Shown here in pieces: positions 20,383 to 31,349 of a stretch of 64,000 bases of DNA (within the stretch, counting starts at the first letter, position 1; each line of letters begins with the position of its first letter). The position numbers and the translations under genes are program-made. The notes under the pieces are model-generated. The model saw only the letters and a program-made list of their open reading frames with translations, had not been told where the DNA came from and searched no databases. This DNA is from a virus, in the IMG/VR virus record IMGVR_UViG_3300049216_000067, one strand, 5' to 3'.

Positions 20383-23184
20383 TTATCCGGCAGGTACGGC
20401 AATCGCACGATAGTTTTGAACCAATGGTGGTACCGTTTCATCGTTGGCAAATAAGACAATCTTAATAGCAAAATATTGGAAAGTTCCACCCAATGGGTAT
20501 GTAATTCCGTTTTGAACGTATGACAACTGACCAGTTCCACCAGTGTTGAAGTTCAAAGTAATTTGTGTGTTTTGATCAGCAGAATATAAATCTTGTGCTT
20601 TCTTCATCTGCTGCCAATACTTATTCGTAAACTGATCAGTATCTGTAGCTGACATAACCTTATAGTAAACCTGAATATCGGTTCCTTGTGGCCTGATACA
20701 ATCGACGTAAACTTGTAGATCACCAGCAGCAAAACCCGATGCTAATGTAATTTGCTTAGTAAGGTACCTGGTCAAACCGTTACCACCAGATTGAGAGTTT
20801 TCACCAATGACAACAGCTGTTGCATTAGATGTTGCACCTGGTTCAGAAATGGTAATAGTTGGAGATACAACGTATCCAGCACCTGGATTGATAATGTTTA
20901 TTGCAGTGACAGCATTTGCATTCAATGAAACCACATTAGCTGTTGCTTGAACCGCTAAGTCACCAGTTGGTGCTCCGATGGTAACAATGATGTTTGCTGC
21001 ATTGATATGATTTCCACCACTTGTGATAGAAATATCGGTTGTATCAAGACCACCAGCATTAATAAGGTTAGTGACTGCCAACAAACTTAAACGTTCAGTG
21101 TTAAATATTGGGCTAACATCTGGATCAGAAGTGTATAGAGATGTTTGAAGAACTGTGCTTAGACCATTACCTGCCTGAATAACACGACGACGGTTACTAT
21201 CAAGAGAAGAATTCTTTAAATCTGCACCAAAGTTATAAACACTGTTTGGATCGATTTCAAAATAACCAGTATCCTGTACACCAGTGTTAGCGATTGTGGT
21301 CAACAAAGAGTAATCAATGTTAGCTACTGGGAATGTCAAATCTGAACTATGAAGTACAGCCAAATCCATGTAAGTGTTGCTTACTGGTGATTCGGCCTGG
21401 AAAATCAAATTAACAGGAGTCGTGCTAAACTGTGCTTTGTTAAGAACAAACATCATCATGACGCCTGGAAGTGGATTCCATGCACTTGAATTTTGAGCCT
21501 CGAAAAAGTCACCAACATAACTTGCAGATTGAACAAGAGCAGTACTATTGACCTGAGGTTCACCCGTGTTAGCTACCCATACTTCATAATCAGGAGATTC
21601 AGAGTAGACAATGATTGCATAAGTTGTAGCTGGAGCCAAATAAACCGGATCAGCAAAACTAAATTTAGTAATTGTTGATGCATTGGATGAACTTGGATAA
21701 ACGCCAGTATTAGACTGAGCATTAAAACCAGCGGTTACGTTGACATCTGCACAATCAACCGTTGCAGAAGCAAGAATCGTGGTTGTTGGGATACCGTTGT
21801 CACATTCGGCAAGACGCACTGTGACAGGGAACTGGGTGCTATTGCCAGTTGGCTTGTTCTGAAAGAACAAGTCTATAGAAGTACAGAAGATACCGTTTGA
21901 AATCTTAGCTGTGTTTGGTGTTGGCACAGTAAAAGTCTGAGCCAATGGATCAGGAGAAGCTTGTGGGTTGTTTGAACCTGCGGTATCTGATACTGAACCC
22001 TGAGTCACAGAAGCCTGTGTAACGACTGTGCTGTTGCCAGCTGCTGTTAAGATTGGAGAATGACTGACGACAGGAGTTTGAGCAGAAGTACTGGTTGGAG
22101 CAATAGAACCAGTAGCAGCAAAAATAGCTGTTGCACGCATGGTTGCGTCCGGATCATCGTTTGATACACCATCATTAATAGTAAATAAACGATTACCAGC
22201 AGAGAAATTCAAATTTTGATCTTCTGGAATATTGAATATTCCAGCTACTTTGCCCACATCATCTACAACAGGTTGTCCAATTGCATAACCGGCAGCTAAT
22301 TGAGGGTCGCCATTAACATACAAACCGTATGGAAGAGCAGTATTCAAAGAAAGAACATTACCCAATACGCTGATGATTTTAGCACTTTGTCCAATACCGT
22401 CACCTGATACGATAGAAACAATACTGTTGACTACTGTGCTAGATACGTTAGATGAAATAATAAGATTGCTTGCATTGCTTTGAGCAACGGTAATGACACC
22501 ATGATTGCTTACATAGTTATTAGCAAGGAAGAAGTTGGCAACATTAGTCGTCTGAGTTACTTGTGCGTTTAATGGAAATTTAGCACCTGAAACAATGCTT
22601 ACAGCATTAGCAATACCACCATTAGAAGTAACTAGAGAACCAATCTTGTAAATAATAAGGTTGGAGGTAGCTGTAGAAATCAATCCATTGTTGACTTCAA
22701 CAACAAGAGCCTGATCTTTATAGTTCCAAAATTGAACAGTTCCAAGGAATGTGTTGGCTTCAGAGTTCTGTTTGTTACCAGCCTGATAGACGATATCACC
22801 TGGATTATACCAATCAGAGAAAAAGGTGTTGCTGTTCGCTGGACCGAACGGTGTAACATTAATAGTTACAAAGTTTTCGTTTACGTAGATAAGGTTAGCT
22901 TGGCTAGTATCGATAACTTCAACGTAAGCATGGGTAGTATTGCAATAAAGGGCATCTCCTGCCTCAAAGTTATTAGCATAGGTACCAATATTGGTTGTAA
23001 GGACTGAGGCAGGTTGAATAAACGGATTGACAAACGTATCATCAAAATAGCAGTTGCATGACACGTAAGGTTTAAGGTCATGTGCAGCAAACTCGGTCTT
23101 AATATTACGAATAAGAGGAACAATGCTCTTATCAATCGTGAAGTTACCGGCTTGAACGTCAATCGAATTTGTCAAACTAGCCAT
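20383..23184 (-). CDS. Large virion structural protein (C-terminal part of DUF4815/VrlC-like protein)
   Basis: 933 aa; DPLAQTF, IFCTSIDLFFQNKP, TKFSFADPVYL, RYLTKQITL, FQYFAIKIVL. Confidence 0.75.
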   Translation of the reverse strand: MASLTNSIDVQAGNFTIDKSIVPLIRNIKTEFAAHDLKPYVSCNCYFDDTFVNPFIQPASVLTTNIGTYANNFEAGDALYCNTTHAYVEVIDTSQANLIYVNENFVTINVTPFGPANSNTFFSDWYNPGDIVYQAGNKQNSEANTFLGTVQFWNYKDQALVVEVNNGLISTATSNLIIYKIGSLVTSNGGIANAVSIVSGAKFPLNAQVTQTTNVANFFLANNYVSNHGVITVAQSNASNLIISSNVSSTVVNSIVSIVSGDGIGQSAKIISVLGNVLSLNTALPYGLYVNGDPQLAAGYAIGQPVVDDVGKVAGIFNIPEDQNLNFSAGNRLFTINDGVSNDDPDATMRATAIFAATGSIAPTSTSAQTPVVSHSPILTAAGNSTVVTQASVTQGSVSDTAGSNNPQASPDPLAQTFTVPTPNTAKISNGIFCTSIDLFFQNKPTGNSTQFPVTVRLAECDNGIPTTTILASATVDCADVNVTAGFNAQSNTGVYPSSSNASTITKFSFADPVYLAPATTYAIIVYSESPDYEVWVANTGEPQVNSTALVQSASYVGDFFEAQNSSAWNPLPGVMMMFVLNKAQFSTTPVNLIFQAESPVSNTYMDLAVLHSSDLTFPVANIDYSLLTTIANTGVQDTGYFEIDPNSVYNFGADLKNSSLDSNRRRVIQAGNGLSTVLQTSLYTSDPDVSPIFNTERLSLLAVTNLINAGGLDTTDISITSGGNHINAANIIVTIGAPTGDLAVQATANVVSLNANAVTAINIINPGAGYVVSPTITISEPGATSNATAVVIGENSQSGGNGLTRYLTKQITLASGFAAGDLQVYVDCIRPQGTDIQVYYKVMSATDTDQFTNKYWQQMKKAQDLYSADQNTQITLNFNTGGTGQLSYVQNGITYPLGGTFQYFAIKIVLFANDETVPPLVQNYRAIAVPAG

Positions 23185-26100
23185 TAAAGAACCTTAATTT
23201 CAGCAGGGGAAATAGTTGTAGAATTATCCACAGAACTTCCTGGTGCCAACTGCACGGTGCTTCCGGCTGTTGGGTTAAATGTTGGGGCAGTTGATGAAGC
23301 AGCTACAGCTGATGTCAACTTACCGAACCAATTATTTATAGGGCTAATTACACCATAAGCTGGAGCACTAACTCTGACCAATACTCGACCATAATAATTG
23401 GCTTCTTTGTAATAATAGTCGAATGGTGAGTGCCACAAATCAGCAGCATCGATATAGGTAGATACAACCACAGGTGGTGAAGGTGGTGCTACGTTTGCAG
23501 ATGGTTTCAACGCTGGAGCAGTTGTTGGTGGTGCCAATGGCGGCAACGCTGGATTTGCTGTCGGTGGAGCAATAATTTGTGGTGTCAAACTTGGGCTAAA
23601 CCAGTAATCGGTTTCAGGTGTAAGCTTCATTGTTCCAGTGAACTGAGCAAACAAGAATGGCTGAACAGAAATTGCTGTAGTTGCTGCATTTTGAACAATA
23701 GACGGAACTTCAGTGTATGACAAAGAAATTGTTTTATCGTTTTCACTGTAAGCTGCTGAATTACTATTGAATACAAGATCCAAAGGCGTTTGAATCTTGA
23801 ATGGTGACATTGTGCCTTGCTGCAAATAGCAACGTAGATCTGTAGACAAATTATTAACGTAACTAAAATCACCAAAATCATCAGCGATAATTCCGTATTG
23901 TGGCTTTGGTGTGACACCGTCTTGATAAAGAGTAGATTCTGCTGCTGCTTGTTGTTCGAGAGCACTTAGAGTGCTGTAGTACTCAAGTTGAGTAATACGT
24001 GCATCCAAGCTACCAATATCTTTCATGGTGTAACGCTTATTTTCAACATACTGTAGACCAATTTGTTCTACGTTTGGTGTATAAGCAGGAACACTCATGA
24101 CATACAAAGTCATTGCATCTTGAGAATCAGCTGGAGTTACAGGGTACTGAGAAGGAACACCTTCAATAATTTGGAAAACTCCACCCTTGTTTAAGACCAA
24201 CTTATCGATACGGGGTAGGTAGAACTGATAACTCAACAAGAACGTGTTGTCTGGTTGTGGAAGTTCTAGACCATACAAAGCAAAGTTTGAAGTTAAGGTT
24301 GTAAGAGCATTTGCACGAGTTGGACGGAAATCAATAGAATCTCTCAAAGAGAATGTACCCTTTGCTGGAGAGGTGTAATAAGGGATCAATCCAGAACTGT
24401 AAACGTTGCTAGAGTATGAGTCTGCATCGAAGAAACCATTGGCTGTTCCGTGCTGGAAAAACTGCAACATGACGACGGTTTGACCAGTTGGAGCATTAGC
24501 ACCGGCCTTCAATGTCAAAGATGCATAGTCATAGTAATTGTCGTTTTGACCGGAGTTCAAATAATAGTTGTTAGTTATATCGATAGCATTTAATGCATTA
24601 GGAGCAAAACTTGTGTTACCAGAATCATAGACTTTAATAATATTGAATACGTCTGGAAGATATAGTGACTGACTTGCGCCTGGAGTCTTGGCAACTGCTG
24701 CTTTCGCTGTATCTGTATACCAAACATAACCATTAGCCAAATCGATATAGACGTTCGCTACAGATGTTCCTGTCAAACCAAGAACAGTACCATTGTTGTT
24801 TAGGTAACTATCGGTAGAAGCTAGAACAGTGTTTGAAGAATTACCGCGAAGAGTCTTAGAACGAACTACACTGGTTGCATTGTTTTGTTCGCATGTATAA
24901 TAGATGTCAGCTATAAATCCACTAGATGCAGAAGAAAACACAACAACTTCAGTTGGACTAATTTGATAGATACCATTACCGCTCGTGCCGCCATGGAAAT
25001 TTCTATCCATTACCAAAATTTCACCGTTTGACAAATTGCTTGAAAGAGCATTTGTAACTTGAACGATAAAGTTAGCATTAGCACCAATATCAGTAAGGAA
25101 AGCACCACTAAAGCCAAATGGAAATATTTGGCTTCCAGTCAAAGCTAAAGTGAAATTAGCGTTGCTAAATGATGCTTGATAGTAGCTTTGACGAGCGGTA
25201 AATGTTGAAGCTGTAATTGTACCTTGTGCAACAGGTGCCTGAGGTAATGGAAACACTAAGCAATTAAAGTTGGTGTCAGCAAGTACTGTGTTTCCTGTTG
25301 CAGTCTTACCAGCTGCTGCGATATCCATACATGCATCGTATGGAGTGGTTCCCGTTCCTTGTGTAGCGTAAGTATTTCCTGTTGTGCTTGGAGCGATAAC
25401 AAGAGAATTCAAATCTTTGATACCGTAATTCAAGCTAACATTTGATGTGCTATTTGCTGCAATAGAAAGTGGTTGACTGAAAGTAGCGACGCCAGTTGCA
25501 CTATTAAATGAAGAAATAACTCTGTTATCAATGTAAACACCGGTTGTTACCGTGACTAATACATTAGCTAATGCATTTGCAGCGATACCAATAAATGATG
25601 CACCCAAGTTAGCCGTTGTAGTTGATCCTGATACAGCAGTCACAACGTTTGGTGTAATGTTCATGTTCAGAACATATGCGTAATAGTCACCGAGACCTAA
25701 AAATTCGATATCACGAATTTGGCCAGTACCAATCTTAGTTGCGTTATATGTTCCACTAGAAGCGTTGTTGATTGTGCCTGAAGTTACAACATGAAGATCA
25801 ACGTTTTGAAAAGCTGCTACGTTAAATGATCCGCTGGTGTTACCAGGATGCAAATTGGTTACAGTAAGAATGTTACCAAATTCAGTTGAGAAACTGTAAT
25901 CAGTAACAGTGTTTGTAGACAAAGCTTTATCGGCATAAAGCCTAGTTGGACCAACTGTTTCGTATTCAAAACCCTTAACAAAAGCTTCACCAGGAGAAAC
26001 AATAACACTATACTGATTTGCATTAGCAGAGTTAATGTCAGTGGTTGCAATGAATGGCTTAACAACAAAGTCACCATTGGTATCGTATGTACGTTTTGCC

Positions 26101-26945
26101 AAAGTGTTGTTGATAGTGCCAAGTACAGGGTAATCAATTTGACTTGTGATCAAACCATTTTCAATTGTTACCAAATTGTAGAACGCGCTAGTATCTGTAG
26201 AACTAAAATCGCGATAACTCAATACAAGATCATATTGATAACGATCTGCGCCCGGAGCCTGATAGTTAAATGCACCTTGGGCAGGATCTAGCAACGTGGT
26301 GTCACTAGTAGATGTAATGATGTCTTCTTCAATTTGCAAACCAACATAACAAGTCGGTGTATTGTTGCTTGAAGAAATAAGAATTGTGGTTGGCTCGATA
26401 GTTACGAAGTAACCACCGCTATAAAATATACCATAGTTTATAGAAGCAACAGACGCTGGACTAGATGAATTTGCCGCAACTAATTGAGCCTGAGACTGCA
26501 CACCGGTTGCGACTTGAATAACCTGATTATCTTCAAAAGTTGTACCTGTCAAATATTTGACGATGATAACAGGATTGACTTGAGTATCGTCAACAGCGAC
26601 GACATATGCTTTAACAGTTGTTGCACCACTAGCATTAATAATAAGGGTGTTGTTGCCGTTAACAAAGAAATCTGAAAGATTAATATCTGTGTTGGCGTAC
26701 TGTTGTTGAAGTTGAAGAGCAACTACTGTGCCGTCGAAAGAAACATGTCCACCAGTAACAGGGGAACCGTCCGCAAGAACGAATTGACCAAGTTGGCTAA
26801 CTTGATTTTGAAGAATGCTTTGAAGGAGACCCAATTCGCGTGACTGGACTGCTCGACCTGGACGGAAAAGCAATTGCATGTAATTTTCATCGATTTCGTA
26901 GGTAGAGTCGATAAAGTAAGGTGATACATTAAAAGCTATAGACAT
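23184..26945 (-). CDS. DUF4815/VrlC-like virion structural protein (N-terminal part)
   Basis: 1253 aa; FNVSPYF...LFRPGRAVQSREL, NYQAPGADRY, YLPRIDKL, KRYTMKDIGSLDARI. Confidence 0.8.
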   Translation of the reverse strand: MSIAFNVSPYFIDSTYEIDENYMQLLFRPGRAVQSRELGLLQSILQNQVSQLGQFVLADGSPVTGGHVSFDGTVVALQLQQQYANTDINLSDFFVNGNNTLIINASGATTVKAYVVAVDDTQVNPVIIVKYLTGTTFEDNQVIQVATGVQSQAQLVAANSSSPASVASINYGIFYSGGYFVTIEPTTILISSSNNTPTCYVGLQIEEDIITSTSDTTLLDPAQGAFNYQAPGADRYQYDLVLSYRDFSSTDTSAFYNLVTIENGLITSQIDYPVLGTINNTLAKRTYDTNGDFVVKPFIATTDINSANANQYSVIVSPGEAFVKGFEYETVGPTRLYADKALSTNTVTDYSFSTEFGNILTVTNLHPGNTSGSFNVAAFQNVDLHVVTSGTINNASSGTYNATKIGTGQIRDIEFLGLGDYYAYVLNMNITPNVVTAVSGSTTTANLGASFIGIAANALANVLVTVTTGVYIDNRVISSFNSATGVATFSQPLSIAANSTSNVSLNYGIKDLNSLVIAPSTTGNTYATQGTGTTPYDACMDIAAAGKTATGNTVLADTNFNCLVFPLPQAPVAQGTITASTFTARQSYYQASFSNANFTLALTGSQIFPFGFSGAFLTDIGANANFIVQVTNALSSNLSNGEILVMDRNFHGGTSGNGIYQISPTEVVVFSSASSGFIADIYYTCEQNNATSVVRSKTLRGNSSNTVLASTDSYLNNNGTVLGLTGTSVANVYIDLANGYVWYTDTAKAAVAKTPGASQSLYLPDVFNIIKVYDSGNTSFAPNALNAIDITNNYYLNSGQNDNYYDYASLTLKAGANAPTGQTVVMLQFFQHGTANGFFDADSYSSNVYSSGLIPYYTSPAKGTFSLRDSIDFRPTRANALTTLTSNFALYGLELPQPDNTFLLSYQFYLPRIDKLVLNKGGVFQIIEGVPSQYPVTPADSQDAMTLYVMSVPAYTPNVEQIGLQYVENKRYTMKDIGSLDARITQLEYYSTLSALEQQAAAESTLYQDGVTPKPQYGIIADDFGDFSYVNNLSTDLRCYLQQGTMSPFKIQTPLDLVFNSNSAAYSENDKTISLSYTEVPSIVQNAATTAISVQPFLFAQFTGTMKLTPETDYWFSPSLTPQIIAPPTANPALPPLAPPTTAPALKPSANVAPPSPPVVVSTYIDAADLWHSPFDYYYKEANYYGRVLVRVSAPAYGVISPINNWFGKLTSAVAASSTAPTFNPTAGSTVQLAPGSSVDNSTTISPAEIKVL

Positions 26946-26956
26946 TTATTTTTCTC

Positions 26957-28627
26957 TTAAAATGACATGATCAAACGTATTTCTTCAGTTTGTAAAGGAT
27001 ACCTTTCAATAGGTGCCACGTTTTCAACGTAAAGATCAACGCCTGAGAATGTTTCAACTTCCGGAGAAGTCAATGTAAACGCAGTCGTGGTAATATACGG
27101 TGTCGTATTTGTCGGTGCCCCATAAGACACACCACTAATAGGACTCTGTGGAATAAAACTTCCAGTTCCACCTAGATTATTTAGATGCAGTTCCTGGGTG
27201 CTTGTGTCGTACCAAACAACGGTTCCAAAGAAAGTTGCATTGGCTAGAACACCAGTAGACGGATTCTGATAGGCAATATCACCCATCTGGAAAATATTGG
27301 CGCTGACATTACCTGCAACCTGGATAGTCGTGGTCATATCATAATTGGTATTTGTGGCCACATTACCTGAATTATTAAGAATTGGATTCAAAATCAAGCT
27401 AAGCTGCCTGTATTTGAAATACTCTCCTGCCGCGTCTTCGGTTGGTATTGTGCCGTTTTCAGTATCTGAAAGAGTTGTGCTTATCATCAAAGTCGTAGCA
27501 CCAAGCTCTAGGGCAGCATTAGAACCCCACCCACCTCTAGGACCAATCTTTACAGAGAAAGACGCCCCTGAACCATTAGCGCCGGTATTAGCGATCAAAT
27601 TAGCCGTTGTGTAGCCTGAACCACCGTCTAAGATGTTAATAGCAAAGATTTGACCATTAGCGTTGACTTGAGCGGTAACATTTGCACCGGTTCCGTCTCC
27701 ATAAAGAACCATAATTGGAGCACTGCAAGCAGCAATATTGGAGTTATATCCTCCACCAACATTAATAATATCGATGATATCGATTCGACCATCCGTTGCA
27801 GATTCTGTTACCAAGGCGTCTGAACCAACAGGCATCCAATTGGATGTGAGGAATAATTTCTTTTGACCAGCAGACATGGTGTACAAATATTTCCACTTGT
27901 AGCCATCGTCCGTAATAATGTAAGGATCTGATGGGATAGAACCACCGACACTGATCAACGGCATTGAGTTAGAAACTGCACCACCATTGTTATCCAAACA
28001 AACGAACACTTGATCGTAAATGTTTCGAGCATAGAAATTGTATGCATAGCTAGGATAATTGTTTGCCCAATTTTCAATGCTACTGTTCGTATAAGTCCCA
28101 CTGACGTTTGAATTAACAACCATGTATTGAGAATTGGAAATAGAAATGACTTCTTTCTGAACAGGGTAGGTGTAGATTCCGTCACCCTTAATATTAATAA
28201 TATTGCCAACTTCAAAATCTTCTGTAAAAGTAGTTAAGTTAGTACCAATGATAATATTGCTGTTGCTGACGTTTACTGTACCGTTAGCGGCTTCAACAGT
28301 TACATAGGTGTACATGTTGTTGCCGTTAGCAAAAGCAGTGTAATAGGTGTTAGAAGTCCAATCTGAACGTTGAACAACTAGACTTGCGCTTGAAATAGAA
28401 AGAAGTTTAAGAGCAACAAGATCACGATGAACTTTGTTTAAGTAATCGATTGAATTATATGGAGTACCGATTTCAGTATCGTTATTTGCCCAAATGTAGC
28501 CGCGACCTATTCCCAAATAAACGCTGTCACCAGTGACTCCACAGAGTTGGTTAATAGTATCTTGAGCCTGTTTGACTCGACCTTGTGTCGTTTGCAAAAT
28601 TAGCGGTTGAAGAAGTGGTGTGCTCAT
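26957..28627 (-). CDS. gp8: Baseplate wedge subunit gp8
   Basis: YLGIGR..W, QVFVCLDNNGG, DGYKWKYLYT, YVENVAPIER...QTEEIRLIMSF. Confidence 0.85.
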   Translation of the reverse strand: MSTPLLQPLILQTTQGRVKQAQDTINQLCGVTGDSVYLGIGRGYIWANNDTEIGTPYNSIDYLNKVHRDLVALKLLSISSASLVVQRSDWTSNTYYTAFANGNNMYTYVTVEAANGTVNVSNSNIIIGTNLTTFTEDFEVGNIINIKGDGIYTYPVQKEVISISNSQYMVVNSNVSGTYTNSSIENWANNYPSYAYNFYARNIYDQVFVCLDNNGGAVSNSMPLISVGGSIPSDPYIITDDGYKWKYLYTMSAGQKKLFLTSNWMPVGSDALVTESATDGRIDIIDIINVGGGYNSNIAACSAPIMVLYGDGTGANVTAQVNANGQIFAINILDGGSGYTTANLIANTGANGSGASFSVKIGPRGGWGSNAALELGATTLMISTTLSDTENGTIPTEDAAGEYFKYRQLSLILNPILNNSGNVATNTNYDMTTTIQVAGNVSANIFQMGDIAYQNPSTGVLANATFFGTVVWYDTSTQELHLNNLGGTGSFIPQSPISGVSYGAPTNTTPYITTTAFTLTSPEVETFSGVDLYVENVAPIERYPLQTEEIRLIMSF

Positions 28628-28649
28628 TAATCTATCCTATTGAATTTCT

Positions 28650-28656
28650 TATTTAG
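28650..28656 (-). promoter_or_regulatory. Late promoter CTAAATA overlapping stop codon
   Basis: tatttag spanning TAA 28653-28655. Confidence 0.6.
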
Positions 28657-31349
28657 ACGGCTACGCTAGAGATAATCTGGTAGCTAGCATTAACAATATT
28701 AGGTTCTACAGCCATTAATAGGTTTGCAGAGTTAGAAGCAAAAACAGTGTTAACTGTCAATTCGTTGCTGGTTACACCGACAACGTTTGAATAAACCAAC
28801 GTGTTGGCCACATTCAAAAGAACAATGTCAGAAACTGCAATGTTGCCAATAAAGTCAGTATTAGTTGAAACAATAACATTAGATCCAGCTGTGACGCTAA
28901 CCAAAAAGTCGTAAACAAATTGTGTATTAGATTCAAGGTTCAAACTCGTATTAGACACGACAGCAGTGATTAATTTAGTCTGAAGACGACGAGTAGTATC
29001 ACTGGTATTGAATACAATCATGTCACCAGCAACCACATTGGCTGAACTGAATACTGTTCCGAAAGCGTTTAGGTTTGCAGTCAATGTGTTAGGAGTTACA
29101 TTACCGGTTAATGGGCTGATGTAAACGACGTTGCTTGAAGGTGCAGAAAAGCCACTTGCTGTTGCTGGAATTACGTAAGTTCCAAGCATAGACATACCGG
29201 CAGGATGTGCAAGTTGCATCAAAACGTTCTTGTAATCAGCCAAAGCTTTTTCTACAATAATTTGATAGCTATAATTGTGGTAAGTATTGGCATCTTGTAT
29301 GTACTGATCAGCACTCAAAAAACCATCTGTGTTCAAATAGAAACCTGGATACTGAATCAAACCGTTCAAGAAAATTGCATTTGCTTTAGCCAAACCGTTT
29401 CCATAAGTTGTAACAGGTTGAGAAGCAAATGAGTTAATAGTCACATTGTAAAGACTTCCACTGGTTAGAGTCATCACGAGATTAGAATTTGAATTTATAC
29501 CACCGCGATAATTATACAAACGAAGAACATTATCAGATGGGTTGTAACTATCTACGTATGCGGTGTAAGTAGCATTATTTGCATTACTTCCTTGATAAAT
29601 GATTACATCATTTGCTGGGATTATATTTACAGGAAGAGAATTGATAACAACGTCTTGAATACGTAGTGAAACGTTTGGTGCTGAAATATAATCGAATCCG
29701 CGATTAACCAAATCAAAATCTATGATCTGACCGATCTGGCTAACAGAAAGTTGAAGGTTAGCACCTTGACCGAATCCGTATGGAATTAAGCGAGCATTAG
29801 ATCCAGCAGAAGCATTTTGACTATTAGTGCTATTTGCAACGTAAAGACCAATGTTAGGTAATCCAATATAACCGCAACCTCTGTTAGTTACTATGACCTG
29901 AGTTATAGCGCCACCAACGGTAATAAAATTGAAAGATGCGTCGTATCCAATAGCGGTATTTGTGTAAATTTTATCTGTAACGTTAGAGTAACCAGTACCA
30001 CCATTTAAAACTTGCACAGCAGCAAACATACCAAGATCATCGATGTTTTGGAATGTAGCGTTAGCGGCAGCAGAGTCAGCTTCTACAAGAGCATTAGTCA
30101 AATCTGTGTAATAAACAACTTCCATGTTTGGAATAGGAACACGAGAGTAACCGCCGCCTCCTGCGATAACATTCATAGTTAAAATAGGAGCAAATTCCAA
30201 ATTAGCGTAAGTTAGAGCTTGGCCTATTTGAGTGTTGGCGTTCGTATAGGCACAGTTAGTAAATCCCCATGCATTTCCAGCACCAGAAGATCCAAGTACC
30301 ACATTGGCGTGAAATTCTATACAGTCGATGTTTACATTTACGTAAACAAGATTAGATGTATCGATAGATGAAACAATAGCTTGAGCACCGGCACCGTTAG
30401 CATCTCCAGGAGCGTTAGTGAATGTCACAATAGTATTTGGGTTTTGACGATAGTCATAGCCACCAAAAGCAACATTAATTCCTGTAACAGAACCGGTTGA
30501 AACGTTGCCAACATAAGCAATAGCTTTCTGAGCAGATGAATCGTTAGGTTCTAGACCACCTGTCAAAACAACTGGATCACCAGTCACATACAAAAGACCC
30601 TGGTTATGTGGATCGACAATAATATTGGAAAGAGCAGCAATAATTTTTTCTTCAAAGACAAGATTGTTTCCATTGGCATCTACACCATAAACAACCTGAA
30701 GACTTTCAAGGTCATCAAAAGGCTTTGTTATTTGTGATACGTAAACTTCAACAATTTCAAATCCAAGGTTAGGATCAACTACCTTGTTTACTGATTCAAT
30801 AACGCATTGAGCACCGCTGTTTGATCCAACGCCGACACGTTGAACAAGCTCCTGTACCGGAAAGTCTAGGTTGCTAGTATCGAGAAGCAAACGAAGAGCT
30901 TGTGGAAGTGTCCATTTACCATCAGATAATTTAAGAATATTGTCCTTAGGAAAATAGATGTCTGCGCTCTTTCCATACAAAACTTGAAACAAAAACTGAA
31001 TAGATTGAGGCGTGCCTTTCTGTGTATAAAACTGACGAGCAATCTTGATAAGTTTGCGCTCATCAAGAACAACATCATTTGGAAAATAAGGCAAGAAATC
31101 GTTAATAAAGTATTGAATGAATTGATCGGTTGTCTGATCAACGTCTTTATAGTTCAGTAAGTTTTTTGCCTGATAGACTGTGCTGTATCCGTTAGGTGTT
31201 GGTAAAACTTGTGTTTCAAGAAACTCATAATAAGCTTGCATAAATGCAACGAATGCAGGACTACCTTCTCTCACAAATTCTGGGAATTGTGAAGATACGA
31301 ACGTAGATACTGTGTTCGAAATTACATTTTGATCGAAGTAATTACCCAT
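28653..31349 (-). CDS. gp7: Baseplate wedge subunit gp7-like
   Basis: QFPEFVRE...FMQAYYEFLE, FYTQKGTPQSIQFLF, IQDANTYHNYSY...HPAGM; lies between gp6 and gp8. Confidence 0.8.
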   Translation of the reverse strand: MGNYFDQNVISNTVSTFVSSQFPEFVREGSPAFVAFMQAYYEFLETQVLPTPNGYSTVYQAKNLLNYKDVDQTTDQFIQYFINDFLPYFPNDVVLDERKLIKIARQFYTQKGTPQSIQFLFQVLYGKSADIYFPKDNILKLSDGKWTLPQALRLLLDTSNLDFPVQELVQRVGVGSNSGAQCVIESVNKVVDPNLGFEIVEVYVSQITKPFDDLESLQVVYGVDANGNNLVFEEKIIAALSNIIVDPHNQGLLYVTGDPVVLTGGLEPNDSSAQKAIAYVGNVSTGSVTGINVAFGGYDYRQNPNTIVTFTNAPGDANGAGAQAIVSSIDTSNLVYVNVNIDCIEFHANVVLGSSGAGNAWGFTNCAYTNANTQIGQALTYANLEFAPILTMNVIAGGGGYSRVPIPNMEVVYYTDLTNALVEADSAAANATFQNIDDLGMFAAVQVLNGGTGYSNVTDKIYTNTAIGYDASFNFITVGGAITQVIVTNRGCGYIGLPNIGLYVANSTNSQNASAGSNARLIPYGFGQGANLQLSVSQIGQIIDFDLVNRGFDYISAPNVSLRIQDVVINSLPVNIIPANDVIIYQGSNANNATYTAYVDSYNPSDNVLRLYNYRGGINSNSNLVMTLTSGSLYNVTINSFASQPVTTYGNGLAKANAIFLNGLIQYPGFYLNTDGFLSADQYIQDANTYHNYSYQIIVEKALADYKNVLMQLAHPAGMSMLGTYVIPATASGFSAPSSNVVYISPLTGNVTPNTLTANLNAFGTVFSSANVVAGDMIVFNTSDTTRRLQTKLITAVVSNTSLNLESNTQFVYDFLVSVTAGSNVIVSTNTDFIGNIAVSDIVLLNVANTLVYSNVVGVTSNELTVNTVFASNSANLLMAVEPNIVNASYQIISSVAV

